The translations under genes and the position numbers were made by a program. A stretch of DNA of 64,000 nt from sequence record NZ_CP110904.1. One strand, written 5' to 3'. The DNA comes from a plasmid. Under the pieces are notes generated by a model. The model saw nothing but the letters and a program-made list of their open reading frames with translations, did not search any database and had not been told where the DNA came from. Shown here piece by piece: positions 57,948 through 64,000 of the stretch. Each line of letters starts with the position of its first letter. Positions within the stretch are counted from its first letter, which is position 1.

Positions 57948-58958
57948 TTAGTGATAACCGTCGCCAGTTTTTACCTTCCCCCGGAATACATAGTAACTCC
58001 AGCAGGTGTACATCAGGATTACAGGGATAATCAACAAGCCACCTATTAGCATAAAGCCCTGACTCTGAGGAGGTGACGCTGCCTGCCAGATGGTTACAGA
58101 AGGCGGTATGATATATGGCCAGATACTGATCCCAAGACCACTGAAACCAAGGAAGATTAATCCTAACGTCAGCATAAAGGGACCAAAGCTGGATCGACGG
58201 CTATAAACACTGCGAACGATACCCCAGCAACAAACAAGGACCAGCAATGGTACAGGCAGGAAAAAGATGACATTTGGCATACTGAACCAGCGACTGGCAA
58301 TCTCAGGATGAGTCAATGGGGTCCAGACACTGATAATTGCAATAACTGCCAGTAAACCAAGGGTTAACGGAGTTGCAAGCTCTGACATCCTGCGATGAAG
58401 CGAGTCTTCTGTTTTCATAATCAGCCAGGTGCAACCCAGCAGGGCATAGGCCAGAACCAGTCCCAATCCGCAGAACAGAGGGAACGGGGCAAGCCAAACC
58501 AATGCAGAACCGCTAAATGTACGTCCGGACACACTCAATCCATTTAATAAGGTTCCGACTGCAACACCCTGACTGAAAGTGGCCAGTACAGAGCCGACGA
58601 TAAATGCTTTGTCCCAGATAGGTCGATGTTCCGGAATTGCTTTAAAACGAAACTCGAAGGCCACACCACGAAAGATAAGCCCAAGTAACATTGCGGTAAG
58701 CGGAATACTAAGAGCATCAATGATAACCGCGTAAGCCAGAGGAAACGCGCCGTACAATGCCGCTCCCCCCAGTACCATCCAGGTTTCGTTGCCATCCCAT
58801 ACAGGCGCAACGGTATTCATCATTGTATCGCGATCGACATCGTGCTTATGAAACGGGAACAAAATACCGATTCCCAGATCAAATCCATCCATCACTATAT
58901 ACATCAACGTAGCGAAGACGATGATGACAAACCAGATAATTGACAGATCAATACCCAT
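57948..58958 (-). CDS. Cytochrome bd-type quinol oxidase subunit II
   Basis: MGIDLSIIWFVIIVFATLMYIVMDGFDLGIGILFPF is the CydB/CioB N-terminal signature. Confidence 0.85.
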   Translation of the reverse strand: MGIDLSIIWFVIIVFATLMYIVMDGFDLGIGILFPFHKHDVDRDTMMNTVAPVWDGNETWMVLGGAALYGAFPLAYAVIIDALSIPLTAMLLGLIFRGVAFEFRFKAIPEHRPIWDKAFIVGSVLATFSQGVAVGTLLNGLSVSGRTFSGSALVWLAPFPLFCGLGLVLAYALLGCTWLIMKTEDSLHRRMSELATPLTLGLLAVIAIISVWTPLTHPEIASRWFSMPNVIFFLPVPLLVLVCCWGIVRSVYSRRSSFGPFMLTLGLIFLGFSGLGISIWPYIIPPSVTIWQAASPPQSQGFMLIGGLLIIPVILMYTCWSYYVFRGKVKTGDGYH

Positions 58959-60367
58959 TATTTGTCTCTCCCACGTGTTGCCAAACCCTCATTTACCGCT
59001 GACAGAGGACGGGCAGGTGTTCCATCCGTTACTTCCTGATGCTCCTCAGCATGTACAGGCCCTTTTTTGATCAGACGTACGAGATATATATAACCGACGC
59101 CAAAGACTGAGGTGTAAACAAGCAGAAACGCCAGTAAGCTGATTGACATATGTAAATCGCCATGTGCAGAAACAGCATCTTTCGTTCGCTGTACGCCATA
59201 AACGACCCATGGTTGACGACCTATTTCAGTTGTGAACCAACCGGCCAGTAACGCAATCAGTCCCGAAGGCCCCATGAAGAGAGAAAAATAGAGGAACGGT
59301 TTAGATGTATAGAGACGTTTCCGCCAGCGAAGCCATACGCTGACCACCCCGAGAAGAATCATCAGCATCCCTAAGCCAGCCATTACGCGGAAAGACCAGA
59401 ATATGATAGTGGAGTTAGGACGATCTTCTTTAGGGAAACTCTTCAGGGCAGGCACCTGCTTATCAAGGCTGTGTGTAAGGATAATACTGCCAAGATAAGG
59501 GACCTCTATTTTGTACTTCGTCTCTTCTGCATTCATATCTGGCAGGCCAAACAGAACCAGAGGGGTTGCTTCACCAGGTTTATTTTCCCAGTGTCCTTCA
59601 ATCGCAGCGATTTTTGCCGGCTGGTGCTCAAGAGTATTCAGACCATGCGCATCACCGATAACGGCCTGGATCGGGGAAACGATTAATGCCATCCACAATG
59701 CCATAGAGAACATTTTGCGAATCGCGGGAGTATCATTGCCTTTTAGCAGATGCCATGCTGCTGATGCTCCGACAAAAAAAGCGCTTGCAAGGAAAGCCGC
59801 AGTGGACATATGTAACAGGCGGAACGGGAAGGAAGGGTTAAAGATAATTTTCAGCCAGTCTACAGGGATAACAACACCATTCTCGATGGCATAACCCTGT
59901 GGAGTCTGCATCCAGCTATTGGATGACAGGATCCAGAACGTGGAAAACAGTGTCCCCAGCGCCACCATACAGGTAGCAAAGAAGTGCAGACCGGGGCCAA
60001 CACGATTCCAGCCAAACAGCATGACACCAAGGAAACCCGCTTCAAGGAAGAACGCAGTCAGAACTTCGTAGGTCAGCAATGGACCGGTGATACTCCCTGC
60101 AAACTGTGAGAAGCCACTCCAGTTGGTACCAAACTGATAAGCCATAACCAGACCGGAAACAACACCCATACCAAAGTTTACTGCAAAAATTTTTGACCAG
60201 AAGTGATAGAGCTCCTTGTAAGTGTCATTTCGTGTCTTTAACCATAACCCTTCGAGCACGGCCAGGAAACTGGCCAGACCAATGGTTATTGCTGGGAAAA
60301 TAATGTGGAAGGAAACAGTAAATGCAAACTGTATCCTGGCCAAATGGAAGGCATCTAATCCGAACAT
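58958..60367 (-). CDS. Cytochrome bd-type quinol oxidase subunit I, short form (469 aa; CioA-like short Q-loop)
   Basis: IQFAFTVSFHIIFPAITIGLA… at the N-terminus. 469 aa, whereas E. coli CydA is 522 aa. It overlaps the subunit II start by 1 nt. Confidence 0.85.
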   Translation of the reverse strand: MFGLDAFHLARIQFAFTVSFHIIFPAITIGLASFLAVLEGLWLKTRNDTYKELYHFWSKIFAVNFGMGVVSGLVMAYQFGTNWSGFSQFAGSITGPLLTYEVLTAFFLEAGFLGVMLFGWNRVGPGLHFFATCMVALGTLFSTFWILSSNSWMQTPQGYAIENGVVIPVDWLKIIFNPSFPFRLLHMSTAAFLASAFFVGASAAWHLLKGNDTPAIRKMFSMALWMALIVSPIQAVIGDAHGLNTLEHQPAKIAAIEGHWENKPGEATPLVLFGLPDMNAEETKYKIEVPYLGSIILTHSLDKQVPALKSFPKEDRPNSTIIFWSFRVMAGLGMLMILLGVVSVWLRWRKRLYTSKPFLYFSLFMGPSGLIALLAGWFTTEIGRQPWVVYGVQRTKDAVSAHGDLHMSISLLAFLLVYTSVFGVGYIYLVRLIKKGPVHAEEHQEVTDGTPARPLSAVNEGLATRGRDK

Positions 60368-61344
60368 AGTTCACCTTAACCCCGATAATACACTGATAAT
60401 TAATTATTTCTTATCAAATCAGAGCCTTGATGAGAAATTTCGACTATTGAAAACAATCATTTTTTTGTATGAGATAAAAACTCACTTGCAAGTACATTGT
60501 TAAGCACATGATTAAATGTGTCCAATAAGTTGCAATAATGTAGTGATAGATGAGGTCGATTACAAAAATGCAGGATTTTCGTTATTGTGTCAGTAAGCAC
60601 GATCATTCCTGATACTGCACGATACAAATAGTGTTGAGAGTAATTCTTAATAGTGGGGATTTATTTGTAACTTACTGAAAAATTTAGGTGATTAGATGTT
60701 TCTGTAATATGCATACCGTCCGGTTTTGACCACTGATACACGAAGAAATCAATATGCTCGTGCATTCTACCAGGTATATTCTGGTGTCCTAGCTAAGGAT
60801 ATTAAATCTCATTTTTTAAACAACAAATTATTTCATATACATATGGATTAGATTTTTGCTCTGGTATCAGAAGTAGATGTCACAAACAAAGGAATAAATA
60901 ATCGACAAGGAACTGACTACCGTCGACAGACCGCGGGAGGTGTTCAGGATCAGCTGCATTGATGAGTTCCGGACCCTACAGGCAAATGACCCCATTCTGG
61001 TTATGCCGAAGTATCCGGACCCTTGAGGCGTTTTTCTGGCGAGACAATTATTTTAACAGTCAGAGACCAGAGGCACTCCTCAGCTATCAGTTCAGTCCGG
61101 AGCAGGTCCAGCGCTCTCACGGAACCGGACGTGAAGAGGAGTGGAACGACAGTTCCACAGGCGTTGAAGGTGAGAGTGGCATTGAGGGTCATTATTCAAC
61201 ATCCGGGAATTCAGCCTGCTGCGTTGTCAGACGTACAGGCCATTCTCTCAGGCATCGCTATAAGTAACTGTCTGAATCCTGTATCCTCGAAGCTGCACTG
61301 TAAGCAATTAATTCCCATCGTGGCAAATGCACAAAGGATGATAC

Positions 61345-61725
61345 ATGCAAACGCTAAAGAGCAGACTTGAAACGGTAGTACATTGTTTTGAAAATGATTT
61401 TCGCGGATTTAAAATCAGAAACAGTAAGACCGATGCCATGAAATGGCTAATGCGATTCAATTTGCCGTACTCTGTCCGAGAACATGAACCCGGTAAATAT
61501 CTGCTTCTTAATCGCGAATATAAACCTCTGGGATTTATGGCGCAGGCCGGTGGCCACGGCGCGGAATACGCTGTTTACGGTGATCATCTTCTTGCAGGTG
61601 CTCCGGGATTACTCGATAGCGATATTTATTTTTATAACGACGGTTCAACCCCGTGGGAAAGCGCTAAAAACTGGACTGCATACCAGAAGGCAGTCCTCCA
61701 GTTCCTTGAAAAACTTCCAGGCTGA
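61345..61725 (+). CDS. Hypothetical protein (126 aa)
   Basis: ORF followed by a clean terminator. Confidence 0.45.
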   Translation: MQTLKSRLETVVHCFENDFRGFKIRNSKTDAMKWLMRFNLPYSVREHEPGKYLLLNREYKPLGFMAQAGGHGAEYAVYGDHLLAGAPGLLDSDIYFYNDGSTPWESAKNWTAYQKAVLQFLEKLPG

Positions 61726-61748
61726 GTGAATTGCCCGGATAATCTAAT

Positions 61749-61773
61749 CAGGCCGCTTCAGCGGCCTTTTTTA
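61749..61773 (+). terminator. Rho-independent terminator (AGGCCGC-TTCA-GCGGCCT plus TTTTTT)
   Basis: Read from the sequence. Confidence 0.75.
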
Positions 61774-62063
61774 CGTCTGCTGTTCTGGTAACTCAGGTGA
61801 TTCTGCGTTCTGGAGAGGTATCCAGTCTTCCGACTCAATGAATTTCGGATCTCAGGAGAAGAGAAGAAGGATTTTTGCAGAAGCACAAAAAAATTCTGGA
61901 TAGTTGTCATTAGGGGAATATTGCATGAAAAGCAAAATTCAAGGCTGACAAAGCCAGTAATAGCAACAAAGAGGAAAGAGAAACTTTTTTCAGGTTTTTT
62001 TACAGTCCGGCCTTAAAGGCCGCATCGGATTTTCTAAATACAGTTTTACATAAGGAAAATCGT

Positions 62064-62267
62064 ATGACTGTATTTCTAATCCTCACCGCCATCGCATATG
62101 GCATCTTCAAAGCCGGCTGCTTCATCCTATTAGTGGTCAAGGGGTATCAGGGCTGGACATTGTTCTGGAAAAACTATGACCGTCTCCCTCATATCATCCG
62201 TTCCCGCTGCCGATATCAGAGACGATTCATTTTCAGACGCATCTGGAAGCGAATCTTCAGCCACTGA
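62064..62267 (+). CDS. Small membrane/basic protein (67 aa)
   Basis: SD AAGGAAAATCGT before the ATG. Hydrophobic N-terminal half, Arg-rich C-terminal half. Confidence 0.3.
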   Translation: MTVFLILTAIAYGIFKAGCFILLVVKGYQGWTLFWKNYDRLPHIIRSRCRYQRRFIFRRIWKRIFSH

Positions 62268-62547
62268 TAATGTTATCGAGCGGCATCCCCAGCCCAGCCA
62301 GCCAGCACAGGCAGCACCAAGTGGTGTACACCATACTGGTCTCTCCTGATTTCCACTTACGGATGGTGCGTTCGTCCACATCCAGTCGGTTAGCCAGCTG
62401 GCTGTCAGTCAGGGGGATAAATCTCCGGACCAGCAGGATTTCGGTGACAGTAGGCTTCTGCCAGTCTTCTCCGCTGACCAGCGTATAGCCATTAAATTTT
62501 TTCAGCTCAATAAGTCCGGTGATCTGTCGTGCTATTTCGTCTTTCAT
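62257..62547 (-). CDS. HTH (XRE-like) DNA-binding protein (96 aa)
   Basis: …LTDSQLANRLDVDERTIRKWKSGE is a helix-turn-helix. Its start overlaps the upstream gene stop by 4 nt. Confidence 0.5.
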   Translation of the reverse strand: MKDEIARQITGLIELKKFNGYTLVSGEDWQKPTVTEILLVRRFIPLTDSQLANRLDVDERTIRKWKSGETSMVYTTWCCLCWLAGLGMPLDNIISG

Positions 62548-63143
62548 TGAGTTGCGAGCCCGGATGCTGAGGGAACCAGGAGGGACCGGACATCCACGGT
62601 AGCGTCACTCGTGTCGTTGTTATCAGCACCCTGCGTCAGCTCATCGATATACTTCCTAATCTGTCCTGTCTGGTGAAGGTAATAACACAGCTTAAAAGCG
62701 AATTGTGCTCTGTCTTCGGATAACCCACACCTTGAGAAAGCTCTATTCCGAAGATCTTCAGGCGTTTCAGATGTGTACCTCTTTTGGTAGATGCTCATCA
62801 CCTCTGCATGAAGCTCGGCAAACTTCATTTCGTTATTCAGCTTCAAATCATTCTTATAAATCAACCGGGCAGCGTTCAGGTCATTTTTTTCAAGCAAAAT
62901 CCAGCCATAAAGGGTCTCGCTTGCATGTAACCCGTCCAGAACGATCCGGCCAAGTTGATTTGCATAGATGTACTCGTTAAGCAACGTTCTGAGCCGCTCT
63001 TCCAGAAAACCGAGTTTAGTACGTAGCTGTTTCTGGACATTGTCAATCTTGTTATGGATCGCCAGATTCAGCGTGAGCATATAGAAGGGGCCCGTTTGGG
63101 AAACGGGAAATATTGTACTATAAGGACTTCCCCGGCATGTCAA
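62544..63143 (-). CDS. Hypothetical protein (199 aa), co-transcribed with the HTH gene
   Basis: ORF only. The start is uncertain; the alternative Met is at 63080. Confidence 0.45.
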   Translation of the reverse strand: MTCRGSPYSTIFPVSQTGPFYMLTLNLAIHNKIDNVQKQLRTKLGFLEERLRTLLNEYIYANQLGRIVLDGLHASETLYGWILLEKNDLNAARLIYKNDLKLNNEMKFAELHAEVMSIYQKRYTSETPEDLRNRAFSRCGLSEDRAQFAFKLCYYLHQTGQIRKYIDELTQGADNNDTSDATVDVRSLLVPSASGLATQ

Positions 63144-63377
63144 AGCCGGTATTTATGGTTTCTGTCTGCTCTTCAGTAAAAATAAAGGGGAGAGACTGCG
63201 GTACTATAAACGGCCATGATGAATCGTCATCGATTCGGGCCCTGATGAAAGACGCGCGTGAGGTTCTTGTTCGTTAAGCGGATACGTATATCCTGTACAA
63301 TAGCCAGATAGGCCTCACGGGGTCTAACCCTTTATCATCAACGAATTGCAGGTCAGATGGTTATACAGCTTCGAGCT

Positions 63378-64000
63378 TTAGTTGACTGAGTACAGCCGGA
63401 AATCATCACCGTAATGTAGTGATGCCCAACACAGCCGCGCATTTTTGGCGGCGATGGCCACAACAGCCCGCCAGTACCCTCTGCGCTCAACCAACATACA
63501 AACCCAACGGCTGAATGAGTCAGTCCTTTTCCCGGCGCCAATAAGCACTGAACGAGCCCCCTGAACCAGAAGCGTTCGCAGATACGAATCACCGGCTTTT
63601 GTGATCCTGCCGAGTTTCGACTTTCCCCCGCTGCTGTATTGTGATGGCGTCAGCCCCAGCCAGGCTGCCAGTTGACGTCCATTTTTAAAATCATGTGCAT
63701 TACCGATACTGGCGACCAGTGCACAGGCCGTTGTGGGACCAACGCCCTTTAGCTCCATCAGCCGCTGACTGCGATGATCTGTTTTGGCTATGTGGGACAA
63801 AATTCGGTCATATTCAGTGATGTTAGCTTCAATGCGATCAACGTGTTCCATCAAATCATCAACACATTGCTGAACCTGAAGCGGTAAAGAGCTCTTCTGC
63901 ACAGAAACCATGTGGCGCAGGGCATCAGCACTTTGTGGCGCGATGACACCGAATTCAGATATCAATCCTCGCAGACGATTATACGTTGCTGTTTTCTCTT
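63378..64000 (-). mobile_element. IS110-family transposase gene; C-terminal ~195 codons only, with the 5' part beyond the window end
   Basis: …NGRQLAAWLGLTPSQYSSGGKSKLGRITKAGDSYLRTLLVQGA… is the conserved IS110/IS1111 C-terminal domain. The ORF stays open to nt 64000. Confidence 0.75.

Noticed and set aside
60368-61344. ORFs 60222-60503, 60959-61267, 61001-61192 and 61023-61370 in the AT-rich region upstream of the bd-oxidase operon
   Set aside because: Overlapping, mutually exclusive frames with no SD and atypical composition. Most likely this is the regulatory region of the divergent cyd-like and 61345 genes.

Overview
The window is a mosaic of horizontally acquired DNA in an enterobacterial-type chromosome.

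(1) nt 1-~27000: the distal end of a conjugative-element-like block (ICE or integrated plasmid backbone). It holds:
- a 5'-truncated Cys-rich TraN-like gene and a convergent lipoprotein gene;
- a long +strand gene train (5940-20355) encoding a UvrD-family helicase, a MoxR/CobS-like AAA+ ATPase, a CobT-like vWA protein with an acidic linker, a Zn-finger/Toprim primase-like protein and about 12 unknowns;
- a family of at least 11 structured intergenic repeats (nested CCC-N4-GGG mini-hairpins) placed one per gene;
- tandem paralogous genes, one with a frameshift;
- a hairpin terminator;
- a second, tightly overlapping 9-gene operon of unknowns (20764-25766), followed by a convergent tyrosine integrase.

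(2) nt 27188-43050: a patchwork cargo region. It holds:
- an Hha/YmoA-family modulator, a CoiA-like protein, two HNH (PF13391-like) nucleases and lipoproteins;
- a 5'-truncated IS3-family transposase fused to junk, and a Rep-like C-terminal fragment followed by an iteron-like repeat array;
- a tyrosine recombinase gene interrupted by one in-frame TAG;
- a strikingly GC-rich (~74%) three-gene operon of unknowns;
- a low-GC (~35%) OafA-like O-acetyltransferase.

(3) nt 43052-43819: IS1 without target-site duplication. Its inverted repeat supplies the last six codons and the stop of a divergent UvrB paralog.

(4) nt 46070-60367: a chromosomal-type locus that joins formaldehyde detoxification to nucleotide-excision-repair paralogs and respiration genes:
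- frmR-frmA, a VOC protein, a membrane protein and S-formylglutathione hydrolase;
- NDH-2;
- a class II UvrA lacking the UvrB-binding domain;
- a second, orphan frmR next to an Fe-alcohol dehydrogenase;
- a short-CydA cytochrome bd-type oxidase.

(5) the 3' end has an HTH plus unknown gene pair and a partial IS110-family transposase.

No rRNA, tRNA or CRISPR array was seen. The candidates for something undescribed are the structured-repeat-punctuated gene train with its AAA-vWA-helicase-primase content, the overlapping 9-gene operon next to the integrase, the GC-rich trio, and the FrmR-linked UvrA2/UvrB-paralog repair module.
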